64,000 nucleotides of DNA from an uncultured candidatus Porisulfidus sp. (GCA_965116025.1 OZ220480.1:864001-928000); one strand, 5' to 3'; shown: positions 10,661 to 21,134, counted from the stretch's first letter. The notes: generated from the sequence alone by a model not told the origin. Numbers and translations are program-made.

Positions 10661-11829
10661 GGATTCCCCCCGGCCTGCCGGGCCGGCTTCCGCCGGGCGG
10701 CCGGGCGCTGTTGCGCGCCGACCTGAACGTGCCGATAGCGTCCGGGCGCGTGGCGTCGGATGAGCGGATTCGCGCGAGCCTTCCCACCATTCGTCGCCTG
10801 CGGCGGGCGGGTTGCCGCGTTCTAGTGATGTCGCATCTAGGTCGTCCTCGAGCCGGACGGCGCGACGCCTCCGCCTCTCTGAAGCCGGTGGCGGCGGAAC
10901 TGGCGCGGCGGCTGGAAGAGCCGGTGGGATTCCGGCGCGATTGGATCGATGGCGCGAGAACCCGCCCCGGCAGCGTCACGTTGCTCGAGAACGTCCGCTT
11001 TCTGGAAGGGGAGATTGAGGACGACGATGATTTGGGCAGGCGCATGGCCGCCTTGTGCGACTTGTACGTGATGGATGCCTTCGGTAGCGCGCACCGCGCG
11101 CACGCCTCGACGCATGCGGTCGCCCGACACGCGCCGCGCGCCTTCGCCGGGCCGTTGCTGCGGCGCGAGCTGCGCATGCTGGCGCGCGCTCTGGAGACCC
11201 CGGCGCGGCCCTTGCTGGCGGTCGTCGGGGGCGCCAAGGTTTCCACCAAGATCGATGTTCTGGAGCGCTTGGCCGGGATCGCCGACGAGTTGATCGTCGG
11301 GGGCGGGATCGCCAACACCTTCCTGAAAGCCGCGGGCCGGGATATCGGGGATTCCCTGCATGAGCCGGCGCGGCTGGCCCTCGCCCGGCGCCTGATGGCG
11401 TCATCCTCCCGCCTCCGCGCGACCGTCTCCCTGCCTCGGGACGTGGTCTGCGAGGTTCCGGGCTCGCGCGAGCCGGTGATTCGGATGGCGGACGAGACGC
11501 GACCGGGCGAGCGGATCATGGATGTCGGGCCGAAGACCCGGAAGCGGTACGATCAGCTCGCGCGCGCGGCCGGGACGGTGATCTGGAACGGCCCTCTCGG
11601 CGTGTTCGAGGATCCGAGTTTCGCGGGCGGGACCGAGGCCTTGGGCCGTTCTATCGCCGCCTCGCGGGCGTTCTCCATCGCGGGCGGGGGCGATACGCTG
11701 GCCGCCGCGAGGAGGTTTCGGATCAAGAGCGCGATATCGTATCTGTCGACGGGCGGCGGAGCGTTTTTGGAATACGCGGCCGGGCGCGCGCTTCCGGCCG
11801 TCGACGCGCTCAACGAGGCGACGTCATGA
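10657..11829 (+). CDS. pgk: Phosphoglycerate kinase
   Basis: [39 protein letters not shown]; ATGA overlap with gap. Confidence 0.96.
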   Translation: MRIPPGLPGRLPPGGRALLRADLNVPIASGRVASDERIRASLPTIRRLRRAGCRVLVMSHLGRPRAGRRDASASLKPVAAELARRLEEPVGFRRDWIDGARTRPGSVTLLENVRFLEGEIEDDDDLGRRMAALCDLYVMDAFGSAHRAHASTHAVARHAPRAFAGPLLRRELRMLARALETPARPLLAVVGGAKVSTKIDVLERLAGIADELIVGGGIANTFLKAAGRDIGDSLHEPARLALARRLMASSSRLRATVSLPRDVVCEVPGSREPVIRMADETRPGERIMDVGPKTRKRYDQLARAAGTVIWNGPLGVFEDPSFAGGTEALGRSIAASRAFSIAGGGDTLAAARRFRIKSAISYLSTGGGAFLEYAAGRALPAVDALNEATS

Positions 11830-13307
11830 CCGCGCCGAGATCCGACTTGCGCCACCGACGCACCAAGATCATCGCCACCTTGGGGCCGGCGACGGATTCC
11901 CCGGAGAGGTTGCGCGGACTGATCGACGCGGGGGTGGACGTGGTCCGCCTGAACTTCTCCCATGGCTCTCGGGACGAGCATCGCGAGCGAGCGGAGCGAA
12001 TCCGCGAGATGACCGAGCCGAACTACCACCTGGCGATTCTGGGCGATCTCCAGGGACCGAAGATTCGCATCACCGGGTTTCGGGATGGCTCGATCATCCT
12101 CAAGCCGGGCGATCCCTTCGTGCTGGACCCGGACATGGATCCGGACGCTGGCACGGGCGAGGCCGTCGGGCTGACCTATCCGGATTTGGCCGAGGACGTG
12201 CGCGTCGACGATGATTTGTTGCTGGACGACGGTCGTCTCGTGTTGCGGGTCAAGGCTCTGGAATCCGGTCGCATCGTCACCGAGACCGTGACCGGTGGGG
12301 TTTTGCAGAACGCCAAAGGCGTCAATCGCGCGGGTGGCGGCCTGTCGGCGCCCTCGATCGCCGCCAAGGACCATGAGGACATCCGACTGGCCGCGGAGAT
12401 CGGAGTGGACTATCTCGCGGTGTCCTATCCGCGCAATGGGAGCGACATCTATTACGCGCGCGAGTTGCTACGCGAGGCGGGCGGCAACGCGCACCTGATC
12501 GCGAAGATCGAGCGAGCCGAGGCGGTCGAGCGAATCGACGAGATTCTGGATGCGTCGGACGCGATCATGGTGGCGCGCGGCGACCTCGGCGTGGAGATCG
12601 GAGACCCGGAACTGCCGGCGGTGCAGAAGAGCCTGATTCGCAAGGCCTGGCGGCACAACCGGGTGGTGATCACCGCGACGCAGATGATGGAGTCCATGAT
12701 CACCAGCACCATCCCGACTCGCGCCGAGGTGTTCGACGTGGCCAACGCCGTGTTGGACGGGACCGACGCCGTGATGCTGTCGGCGGAGACCGCGGTTGGG
12801 GAGAACCCGGTCGAGGCGGTGCTGGCGATGAGCCGAATCTGCGTGGGCTCCGAGGGCAACGCCGCCGGAGACATCCTGGAACTCGCCGAATCCGAAGAGG
12901 ATCTGCTCGACGCGGACGAGGCGATCGCGCTGTCGGCGATCTTCGCCGCCAACCACTTGGACGTCAAGGCCATCGCCGCCTTGACCGAGTCCGGCTCCAC
13001 GCCGCGGCAGATGTCGCGCTTTCGCTCCAGCATCCCGATCTACGCGGTCTCCCGCAACCTCGAGACGCGGAGGCGGGTCAACCTGTACCGCGGGGTGTAC
13101 CCGGTCACCCTGAGCGACATCAGCACCGACCACGCGCAGCTCAACCGGGATCTGGTCGGCGCGCTGAAAAATCGAGGCGTGGTGGTGGATGGCGACCGGG
13201 TCATCATCACCAAGGGCGATTTGGCTGGGGTGCAGGGCGGAACGAACGCGCTGAAGATCGTGGAGGCGGGCGCGATGGCCGAGACGCGCGGCGTCGCGGT
13301 CGAGTAG
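11826..13307 (+). CDS. pyk: Pyruvate kinase
   Basis: RRTKIIATLGPA, RLNFSHG, DLQGPKIR, MVARGDLGVE, DAVMLSAET. Confidence 0.96.
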   Translation: MTAPRSDLRHRRTKIIATLGPATDSPERLRGLIDAGVDVVRLNFSHGSRDEHRERAERIREMTEPNYHLAILGDLQGPKIRITGFRDGSIILKPGDPFVLDPDMDPDAGTGEAVGLTYPDLAEDVRVDDDLLLDDGRLVLRVKALESGRIVTETVTGGVLQNAKGVNRAGGGLSAPSIAAKDHEDIRLAAEIGVDYLAVSYPRNGSDIYYARELLREAGGNAHLIAKIERAEAVERIDEILDASDAIMVARGDLGVEIGDPELPAVQKSLIRKAWRHNRVVITATQMMESMITSTIPTRAEVFDVANAVLDGTDAVMLSAETAVGENPVEAVLAMSRICVGSEGNAAGDILELAESEEDLLDADEAIALSAIFAANHLDVKAIAALTESGSTPRQMSRFRSSIPIYAVSRNLETRRRVNLYRGVYPVTLSDISTDHAQLNRDLVGALKNRGVVVDGDRVIITKGDLAGVQGGTNALKIVEAGAMAETRGVAVE

Positions 13308-13358
13308 AGTTAAAATGATCTTCCCTGAACCTTCCACCCCGCAATCCGAGTTTTTCTC

Positions 13359-14378
13359 ATGAACCGTGAAACACTAAGCGCGACCGCGCGCGCCATGGTG
13401 GCCCCCGGCAAGGGCATCCTGGCGATGGACGAGAGTCACCCGACCTGCAAGAAGCGTTTCGACGCCTTGGGCATCGAGTTCACCGAGGAGAACCGCCGCG
13501 CCTACCGCGACATGCTGGTCACTGCGCCGGGCCTCGGCGACCATATTGGCGGCGCGATCCTCTTCGACGAGACCCTGCGCCAGAGTCTGCTGGACGGAAC
13601 GTCGTTCCCGAAGCGTCTGGAGGCGCTTGGAATCGTGCCGGGCATCAAGGTGGACAAGGGCGCGAAGGACTTGGCTGGCCACCCGGGCGAGAAGGTGACC
13701 GAGGGGCTGGACGGATTGCGCGATCGCTTGGCCGAGTACGCGGAACTAGGCGCGCGCTTCGCCAAGTGGAGGGCGGTCATCGCCATCGGCGACGGTCTGC
13801 CGAGCGACGCTTGCCTGGAGGCCAACGCCCACGCTCTCGCCCGCTACGCGACCTTGTGCCAGGAAGCGGATCTGGTACCGATCGTCGAGCCTGAGGTGCT
13901 GATGAATGGCGCGCACGATATTGACCGTAGCCAAGAGGTGACCGAGCGCGCCCTGGAGACGACGTTCGATCAACTGGCGCGTCAGGGCGCGTGGCTGGAG
14001 GGCATCGTGCTGAAGCCCAGCATGGTGATCTCGGGCGATCAGCGCGCGGAGCGCGCGGATGTCGAGACCGTGGCGGCGCGCACGGTCGAATGCCTGAAAA
14101 AGACGGTTCCGGCGGCGGTGCCCGGGATCGCGTTCCTGTCCGGTGGGCAGAGCGACGAGGAGGCGAGCGCGCATCTGAACGCGATCAACCAACACCCCGA
14201 TCTTCCTTGGGCCGTGACCTTCTCCTACGGCCGCGCCTTGCAGCAGCGGGCCATGAGGTCTTGGGGAGGAGTCGAGGCCAACCGCGGAGTTGGGCAGGCC
14301 GCGATCGCCAAGCGCGCTCGCCTGAACGGGGCGGCCGCGCGCGGGGCGTACGAGGAAGGGATGGAAAGAGCGGCCTGA
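13359..14378 (+). CDS. fba: Fructose-bisphosphate aldolase class I
   Basis: GKGILAMDES, GIKVDKG, FAKWRAV, PIVEPEV, FLSGGQS, TFSYGRALQ. Confidence 0.95.
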   Translation: MNRETLSATARAMVAPGKGILAMDESHPTCKKRFDALGIEFTEENRRAYRDMLVTAPGLGDHIGGAILFDETLRQSLLDGTSFPKRLEALGIVPGIKVDKGAKDLAGHPGEKVTEGLDGLRDRLAEYAELGARFAKWRAVIAIGDGLPSDACLEANAHALARYATLCQEADLVPIVEPEVLMNGAHDIDRSQEVTERALETTFDQLARQGAWLEGIVLKPSMVISGDQRAERADVETVAARTVECLKKTVPAAVPGIAFLSGGQSDEEASAHLNAINQHPDLPWAVTFSYGRALQQRAMRSWGGVEANRGVGQAAIAKRARLNGAAARGAYEEGMERAA

Positions 14379-14387
14379 TTCGGGTCT

Positions 14388-15440
14388 ATGGCGACGGCCC
14401 GGCTCTGGAATTCCGAGCGCTCGTTCGAGGTCCAGGGGAACGAGAGCCTGCTGGAGGCGGCCATCCGAGACGGCGTCAGTCTCCCGTACGGGTGCAGCTC
14501 CGGAAACTGCGGCTTGTGCCGCGCCCGGCTGGTGGAGGGAGAGCTCAAGGAGGTTCGCCATCACGACTTCGCGCTCACCCAGGCCGAACGGGCGGCGGGC
14601 GCGTTCCTGATGTGCAGCGAGAGCGCGTCCGGCGATGTCGTGATCGAGGTCGAGCTGGAAGACGATCCCGAAGCCATCCCGTGGCAGACCCTGCGAACGA
14701 AAGTCAAGACCGCGGAAAAACTCGGCGAGCGCCTGTTGTGGCTGAGGTTGCGCGTCCCGCGCTCGTCGCGCTTGCGCTTCCTGGCTGGGCAGTACGCGAC
14801 CTTGACGCTGGAGAATGGCGCGAGGAGCGACAGCGCGATCGCCAGTTGCCCGTGCGACGAGCGAACCTTGGATTTTCATATTCGCCGCCTGCCGGACGAT
14901 GATTTTTCCGATTACGCCTTCGAATCCCTGCGGCCGGGACAGGCCGTGACGGTGGAGGCGCCCGGCGGGCGCTTCGCGTTCGACGAGGATTCCGACCGCC
15001 CGGCCCTGTTCGTGGCCTTCGACACTGGGTTCGCGGCCATCAAGAGCATGCTGGAGCATGTCACCGCGCGCGAATCCGAGCGTCCGCTGCGCCTCTACCG
15101 AATCTGCTGCGGAGAAGACGATTTGTACATGGACAACTTGTGCCGCTCGTGGGCGGACGCGCTCGACGAGTTGAGCTACACGCCTCTGGTGATCGACGAG
15201 ACCTTCCATGAATGGGCCGCGAACGAGATGTCTGGCATGGACAAGGTGGAGAGCATGCTGCGTCGCGTCGTGGAGACCTGCCCGGACCTGCCTGGAATGG
15301 ATGTCTACCTATGCGCGCCGGAGCCGGTGGTGGAGCTTTTCGACGCGCTGGCCATGGGGTGCCGGATGACGCGGGAGGGCTTTCACGCCGAGATCATCCG
15401 GGGCAACTCGTACACGCGCTGCCTGGGAACGACGGCATGA
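14388..15440 (+). CDS. 2Fe-2S ferredoxin fused to FAD/NAD(P)-binding oxidoreductase
   Basis: CSSGNCGLC...C ferredoxin motif followed by FNR-like domain (FLAGQY, DTGFAAIKSM, VYLCAP). Confidence 0.85.
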   Translation: MATARLWNSERSFEVQGNESLLEAAIRDGVSLPYGCSSGNCGLCRARLVEGELKEVRHHDFALTQAERAAGAFLMCSESASGDVVIEVELEDDPEAIPWQTLRTKVKTAEKLGERLLWLRLRVPRSSRLRFLAGQYATLTLENGARSDSAIASCPCDERTLDFHIRRLPDDDFSDYAFESLRPGQAVTVEAPGGRFAFDEDSDRPALFVAFDTGFAAIKSMLEHVTARESERPLRLYRICCGEDDLYMDNLCRSWADALDELSYTPLVIDETFHEWAANEMSGMDKVESMLRRVVETCPDLPGMDVYLCAPEPVVELFDALAMGCRMTREGFHAEIIRGNSYTRCLGTTA

Positions 15441-15812
15441 GCGAGCGCCGCTACAGCGAGGATCATCTCTGGGTGGAGCCCGACGGCTCCGGCATGGTCC
15501 GGATCGGGGTGACCCGCTACGCGCAAGAGGAGCCTGGGCGACATCCTGTTCGTGGAGTTGCCGAAGCCCGGGGCGGGGCTGGCTTCGGGCCAGAGCTTCG
15601 GGGTTATCGAATCGGTGAAGACCGCGTCGGATCTGATCGCGCCGGTCTCGGGCGAGGTCGTGGAGGTCAACGCGCTTCTGCGCGAGGAGCCGTGGCAGGT
15701 CAACGATTCGCCGGAAGGCGCCGGCTGGATCCTGAAGGCGCGCCTTTCCGGGCCAGACCCGAGCGCGTCCCTGATGGACGAGCGCGCCTACCGGAAATTG
15801 ACCGAAGGATAG
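15437..15812 (+). pseudogene. gcvH: Glycine cleavage H / lipoyl-carrier protein with a +1 frameshift (or sequencing error)
   Basis: MSERRYSEDHLWV...YAQEE continues as LGDILFVELP...IESVKTASD only after removing one C at 15533-15534. Confidence 0.85.
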
Positions 15813-15822
15813 TCCGCGCTCA

Positions 15823-16173
15823 TCAAACGTAGTGCCGGCGGTATGATCGGCGGGTCCCGGCGCGTTGGCTGATGACGCCGAGAATGCTGGAGGGCCCGCC
15901 GATCTCGATCACGGGATAGCCGGGGTTGACGGGGCGGAGCCAGTGCCGTCCGTCCTCGACGTGGTATTGGCGAAAGATCGGCTCTCCATCCACTCTCGCC
16001 ACCACGTAGGAGTCGGGCGCGACATGCCCGGCCGGGTCGACGATCACGATGCAACCGTCCGCGAACTCCGGCTCCATGCTGTCGCCAAGCACGCGCAGGG
16101 CGTAGGGCTCATGCGCCGCGCAACCGGCGTCCTCCAGCACGGGGTTTTGGGGGTGGGGGTTGGGATGACTCAT
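15823..16173 (-). CDS. Stand-alone peptidase S24/LexA C-terminal-like domain protein
   Basis: YALRVLGDSMEPEF, IVIVDP and LRPVNPGYPVI motifs; no HTH domain. Confidence 0.8.
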   Translation of the reverse strand: MSHPNPHPQNPVLEDAGCAAHEPYALRVLGDSMEPEFADGCIVIVDPAGHVAPDSYVVARVDGEPIFRQYHVEDGRHWLRPVNPGYPVIEIGGPSSILGVISQRAGTRRSYRRHYV

Positions 16174-16348
16174 CGCGGATCATTACAGCACATCACCGTT
16201 TCAATTCATAGGTGCACCGGTGTCCGCGAAGCATCTGAAATATCACGCGGCGGCGACGCTCCGCGAGATCGCGCCGGAGATCGCGGGCGCGAGCGTGACC
16301 GCGAAGACGCTAACCGATCAGTGGATGGCCGGTCATAAAGCCGGCTTC

Positions 16349-18213
16349 CCTCGATATCCGAGCTATAAGGAGTGGAGGTCCCGGCTGATGCCTATTCCAC
16401 CGAGGGAATCCGGTAGAATGGAGGTAGAAAACCGTTCACCCATCGGGTGAACGAAACGACAACCAACCGGGAGCCTCATTATATGTCGAAATTCACCTCT
16501 CCGGTCGTCGTCACCGGCGACGACAAGATGAGCCGAGTCAGCCCTGACGGCGGCGCCATCATGCTGCTGGAGCTGCTGGGCAAGGCCCAGATCCTGCGCG
16601 ACCTTCCGCGGTCCCTGCCGGAGCCGTCGCGAGGCTGGACCAGCGGGCAGATGCTGCTGACCTTGCTGCCGCTCCACGGGCTGGATCACGAATGCGTCTC
16701 GGACGTGGACGAGCTGGAGGAGAACGAGGGTCTGCGCGAGCTGGTTCGCCTGCATGAGCCGGGCCTGCTGGGGGTCGAGGAGGAGGAGCTGGCGGCGCGC
16801 TTCCGAGGCGGGCGCGGGCGCGTCTTCCCGTCGGCGAGCTCGCCGCATGACTGGCTGCGGCGCTTCCACGACATGGACGCCGACCCGGAGAGCGCGGACC
16901 CGCGCCCGTCCCAAGCGTTGGGGCTGATCCACGAGGCGCGGTGGCGGCTGGCGAAGTTCCTGATCCGGGCGCGCGGCCTGAAGGAGCTGACGCTGGACAT
17001 GGACGCGACCATCGTCCGGTCGGGCAAGCGGGAGGCGCGCCCGACCTACCGCGCCGCGACCGGGGCGGTTCCGGGGGAGCGGGGCTACCAGCCGCTGGTG
17101 GTGTACTGCCAGGAACTGGACATGGCGCTGGAGACGGAGTTCCGTCCGGGCAGCGTTCCGGCGTCGAAGCGGAACCTGGAGCTGCTGAAGAAGACGCTGG
17201 CGAAGCTGCCGCCGCAGATCACTCGAGTGAACTTCCGCTCCGATGGCGCGGGCTATCAGCGCAAGCTGACGCGCTTCCTGAACGATCCGAAATCGAGACC
17301 GAAGCGGTTTCGCCGCTTCGGGCCGATCCCGTTCGCGATCTCGGCGCCGCGGGACGCGCGCTCGCGCGCGAGCGTGGAGCGGGCGACCGACTGGATGCCG
17401 GTTCCGGGGAAGCCGGGAATGGAATGCGCGGAGCTGGACTTCCTGCCGGAGTGGAAGTGGCAGGATCGGTCGCCGCTGCTTCGCTACGTCGCGACCCGAA
17501 CCGCGCTGGAGGGCGAGCTGGGGGTGGGCCACGACGAGATCCCGGCGGGAGGCGGGCGCGCGGCCTCCCGCTTCCGCGTCTACGTCACCAACTTCCCGCA
17601 TCGGAACGCTCCGCGGGAGGGGGCCGGGAGGTGCGTGATGGACGCGGCGACCGTGGTCCGCTTCGCGCACGAGCGGTGCGGGCGCGGAGAGCGGATCCAC
17701 TCCGTGCTCAAGCGCGACATGGCGGGCGGGCGGATGCCGTCGGGCAAGTTCGCGGTGAACGCGGCATGGTGGCATCTGGCGGCGCTGGCGGCCAACCTGC
17801 GCTCGGCGGTGCGGTACTGCGCGCTGGGGCGGAACTGGCTGCGGGCGCGGATGAAGCGGGTGCGGCGGCGCTGCCTGCGGCTGGCGGCGCGGATCGTTCG
17901 CCACGCGCGCAACGTGGAGTTGCGGTTCTCGACGAAGGACGCGGAGTTCATCAAGCGCGCGTTGCTGCGGATCCACTGCGCCTGTCCGCCGGGCGACACG
18001 TCCTGACCCTGCGGGTCGGCGCTCTTCCACCTCGATCTGACCTCGCCGCCTCGCGCGGCTGGCGGAGCCCTGCGCGGGGGCGAGTTTTTCGTCAGAAAAC
18101 GCTCCGAAAGCGCTCGTTTCCGATCCGAAATCGCGCCGAATCCTTGCCGCCGAGCCCGCGCGAAATCCCGGACTGACCAAAATCGTCAGAATCGATTAGC
18201 TCGGAGATCGAGG
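16349..18213 (+). mobile_element. IS1380-family insertion sequence, 1865 bp
   Basis: 17-bp imperfect terminal IRs (CCTCGATATCCGAGCTA at 16349; TAGCTCGGAGATCGAGG ending 18213, 16/17 match) and 5-bp TSD GCTTC at 16344-16348 and 18214-18218. Confidence 0.9.
16447..18006 (+). CDS. IS1380-family DDE transposase
   Basis: LTLDMDAT, GYQPL, FRSDGAGY, MPSGKFAVNAAW and AARIVRHAR motifs; alternative start ATG 16483. Confidence 0.88.
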   Translation: MNETTTNREPHYMSKFTSPVVVTGDDKMSRVSPDGGAIMLLELLGKAQILRDLPRSLPEPSRGWTSGQMLLTLLPLHGLDHECVSDVDELEENEGLRELVRLHEPGLLGVEEEELAARFRGGRGRVFPSASSPHDWLRRFHDMDADPESADPRPSQALGLIHEARWRLAKFLIRARGLKELTLDMDATIVRSGKREARPTYRAATGAVPGERGYQPLVVYCQELDMALETEFRPGSVPASKRNLELLKKTLAKLPPQITRVNFRSDGAGYQRKLTRFLNDPKSRPKRFRRFGPIPFAISAPRDARSRASVERATDWMPVPGKPGMECAELDFLPEWKWQDRSPLLRYVATRTALEGELGVGHDEIPAGGGRAASRFRVYVTNFPHRNAPREGAGRCVMDAATVVRFAHERCGRGERIHSVLKRDMAGGRMPSGKFAVNAAWWHLAALAANLRSAVRYCALGRNWLRARMKRVRRRCLRLAARIVRHARNVELRFSTKDAEFIKRALLRIHCACPPGDTS

Positions 18214-18375
18214 GCTTCGAGGCCGCCTATTCCAAGTACTCCTAATCTGCTACACTAGCCGCCGGACTCGCGTCCGCGTAATAATTCAGCATAAGTCCGG
18301 GCATGGCCTGATAGACATTATGCCGACTTACACGCGGGAAGTCCGAGAATAACAAACAACCTGGAGGACAGGATC

Positions 18376-19548
18376 ATGGGCGCACCATCACGCGAAGGAA
18401 ATCACGAAAACAATACGCTCGAAGGCTACGGCGGAACCGACTATATGTACGGCCGCGGTGGACACGACACAATGTACGGATACGGAGGTGCCGATTGGAT
18501 GTGGGGGCATAGCGGCGATGACCGAATGTGGGGGGGAGATGGAGGCGACCGGCTGTGGGGCGGTAGCAGCACTAGTGAAGGATGGGACTATCTGAACGGC
18601 GGCGCGGGCGACGACATTCTGGAAGGCGAAGCGGGAAGGGACACTCTGGTCGGCGGCGCCGGCAACGACACGCTGTACGGCGACGATTGGCTCTACTCGC
18701 GCCGCGCGCACGATCCCGCCGTCGTGGGCGACGACTTTCTATACGGCGGCGCGGGAGAGGACACGCTATACGGCGGGCCGGGCGACGACTATCTGTATGG
18801 CGATAACTGGTCGGCCATCCTAACGCGCGCGGTGAAGAAAGATGATAAGTACGACGACACGCTGCACGGCGGTACTGGCAACGACTACTTGTACGGCGGC
18901 GAGGGAACCGACAAGCTGCACGGCGGCGAGGGCGACGACTTTCTGTGGGGCGATCGCTGGACGCCTCTCGTGGGCGGGGCGAAGGACCACCTGTGGGGCG
19001 GCGCGGGCGGCGACTCGTTGTATGGAGGCGAGGGCGGCGACTACCTGTACGGCGAAGACGGCGACGACTCGCTGTCGGGCGACGCGGGCGACGACACGCT
19101 GGACGGCGGCGCGGGCACGGACGAGGTGTATGGCGGCGATGGCGTCGACACGCTGATCGGCGGAACCGGCACGGACTATTTGTATGGCGACGCGGGCGAC
19201 GACACGCTGAAAGGCGGCGCGGAACGCGATCTGCTGTTCGGCGGCAAGGGCGCCGACACGCTGATCGGCGGCAAGGGCAACGACTGGTTGCAAGGCGACG
19301 CGGGGATCGACGATTACGAGTTCACTAGCGGGGATGGCCATGACGTGATTTACGCTTTCGAGGACGGACGCGAGAAGATAACGTTCACGGGCAATGCCGA
19401 CTTGGACTACGACGACCTGAGAATCGTGGACGATGCGAACGCGCGCGTGGCGATCATCACCGGCTACGGCGGCGCCGGCGATAGCATCAAGGTGTACAAC
19501 GTGGAAGCGTCCGACTTGACCGAGACCGACTTCATCTTCATGGGCTGA
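18376..19548 (+). CDS. RTX (hemolysin-type Ca-binding GGxGxDxLx repeat) protein 1
   Basis: Many nonapeptide repeats; C-terminus DLTETDFIFMG; SD GGAGG. Confidence 0.9.
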   Translation: MGAPSREGNHENNTLEGYGGTDYMYGRGGHDTMYGYGGADWMWGHSGDDRMWGGDGGDRLWGGSSTSEGWDYLNGGAGDDILEGEAGRDTLVGGAGNDTLYGDDWLYSRRAHDPAVVGDDFLYGGAGEDTLYGGPGDDYLYGDNWSAILTRAVKKDDKYDDTLHGGTGNDYLYGGEGTDKLHGGEGDDFLWGDRWTPLVGGAKDHLWGGAGGDSLYGGEGGDYLYGEDGDDSLSGDAGDDTLDGGAGTDEVYGGDGVDTLIGGTGTDYLYGDAGDDTLKGGAERDLLFGGKGADTLIGGKGNDWLQGDAGIDDYEFTSGDGHDVIYAFEDGREKITFTGNADLDYDDLRIVDDANARVAIITGYGGAGDSIKVYNVEASDLTETDFIFMG

Positions 19549-19597
19549 TTTAAGGTTTAAGGTATCCTGTATATACCGATCCAATGAGGAAAAAATC

Positions 19598-20365
19598 ATG
19601 GCCAAAATTTCAGCGTGGAGAAAATGGAAGAAGGACTTTCTTGCCGAGCAAGGCGATCCCGATCCGAACAACCCGGATATCAATAATCTTCCCTCCAATG
19701 AGGAAAGCCGAACGCTGACCGGCACGGAGGGCGACGACCGGCTGGAAGCCGGCAACGGCGGCGACACGTTGTTCGGCATGGGGGGCGCCGACTCGATGGC
19801 CGGGAGCATAGGTCACGACGTTCTGTACGGCGGGGCCGGGCGCGATACGATGGCCGCCGGTCCGGGTCACGACATTCTGTTCGGCGGGAACGGGAACGAC
19901 ACGCTGGACGGCTCTTTTGGCAACGACCATCTGTACGGCGGGCGCGGAAAAGACACGCTGAACGGCTCATACGACAACGACGTTCTTCGAGGCGGGCGCG
20001 GAAACGACACGCTGGAGGGGGGATGGGGAGCGGATCGCTTCGAGTTTCACCGCTATAGCGGCGAGGACGTGATTACGGACTTCCTCGAAAACAGTAGCAC
20101 CCACATATACCCAGACCCGGAAAATGAAAAGTTGTCCATCACCAAACAGGCCGGCCCAGGGAATCACGACTCGCAAGGAAACTACCATGCCGACTGGCGC
20201 GACAAGCTGGTGTTCTACGGCAAGAATTTAGATTACGAGGACTTGACGATCGTGGACAGCGAGGCGGGCGCGGTGATCACCGGGTACGGGGCGGGCGCGA
20301 GCGTCACGCTCACGGGGATTAGCGCGGACGATTTGACGGAATCCGATTTCGTGTTCATGGGGTGA
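19598..20365 (+). CDS. RTX repeat protein 2
   Basis: GGxGxD repeats; C-terminus DLTESDFVFMG. Confidence 0.9.
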   Translation: MAKISAWRKWKKDFLAEQGDPDPNNPDINNLPSNEESRTLTGTEGDDRLEAGNGGDTLFGMGGADSMAGSIGHDVLYGGAGRDTMAAGPGHDILFGGNGNDTLDGSFGNDHLYGGRGKDTLNGSYDNDVLRGGRGNDTLEGGWGADRFEFHRYSGEDVITDFLENSSTHIYPDPENEKLSITKQAGPGNHDSQGNYHADWRDKLVFYGKNLDYEDLTIVDSEAGAVITGYGAGASVTLTGISADDLTESDFVFMG

Positions 20366-20580
20366 TGGAAGACCCGAAGCGAGACTGGGAGCGAGGCTTT
20401 ATCCAAGATAAGGAAGCCTACCCGGAGCAAGCGGGCAAGGCCTCGATGATTCGCGTTCTGTACGAGCGGGCGCGGGCGGGCGAGGAGCTCAAGCCTAGCG
20501 AGTACCAACTGCTGTTCGTTCACGCGGACGCGACGATCGCGGCGCTGGAGCGAGCGCTAGCGATAGCGCGAGGGGCGTAG
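20362..20580 (+). CDS. Small hypothetical protein
   Basis: 72-aa ORF overlapping the RTX2 stop (GTGA), followed by a terminator-like hairpin. Confidence 0.45.
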   Translation: MMEDPKRDWERGFIQDKEAYPEQAGKASMIRVLYERARAGEELKPSEYQLLFVHADATIAALERALAIARGA

Positions 20581-20601
20581 TTTCCGAAAGACTGAAAGAG
20601 G

Positions 20602-20626
20602 ACGGGCGGCATTGGCCGCCCGTTTC
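20602..20626 (+). terminator. Terminator-like hairpin
   Basis: ACGGGCGGC-ATTG-GCCGCCCGT followed by only a short T run. Confidence 0.5.
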
Positions 20627-20660
20627 ATATCCCCGCGAGGGCGGGATAAGATGATTGCTC

Positions 20661-20954
20661 ATGGGCAAGCCGGTACCGGTAACGTTGACCGATGAGGAGC
20701 GCGCGGAGCTGGAGCGGCGGGCGCGCAAGATGAGCATATCGCGGGCGAAGTCCGAACGGGCGCGGGTCGTGTTGCTCGCGGCGGAGGGATTGAGCAATCC
20801 GCGCATAGCCGCGAAGTTGGGCGTTCACTATTTCACGGCGCGGAAGTGGCGCAATCGCTTCGCGGAGCGGGGGATGGCCGGCCTCGAGGACAAGCCGCGT
20901 CCGGGCCGCCTGCCCTGGAAGAACGTAGGTGACGACGCGGGGCGTATAGAATAG
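20661..20954 (+). CDS. IS630-like transposase N-terminal HTH domain only (remnant or stand-alone HTH)
   Basis: LTDEERAELE...RARVVLLAAEGLSN..IAAKLGV...KWRNRFAERGMAGLEDKPRPGR; no DDE domain follows. Confidence 0.75.
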   Translation: MGKPVPVTLTDEERAELERRARKMSISRAKSERARVVLLAAEGLSNPRIAAKLGVHYFTARKWRNRFAERGMAGLEDKPRPGRLPWKNVGDDAGRIE

Positions 20955-21134
20955 GGGGGCAAGGCCGCCGACAACGCTGGCGCGCTTGACGGGATGTTCT
21001 TCCCGTCTTAACAAAATTGTGGCCGTTTAGTGGCGGCTAGGAGTCTGGGAATGCCCGTTTATTAATGGGCGCCAGCGCCGGCCTATATTCGCGGGCAGGC
21101 CATGCGCGGCGCCGCTATCGCATGGGAGTGCGAC

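Noticed and set aside
15437-16173. sHdr/LbpA sulfur-oxidation module
   Set aside because: The lipoyl protein looks like ordinary GcvH and no shdr, dsr or sox genes are in the window.
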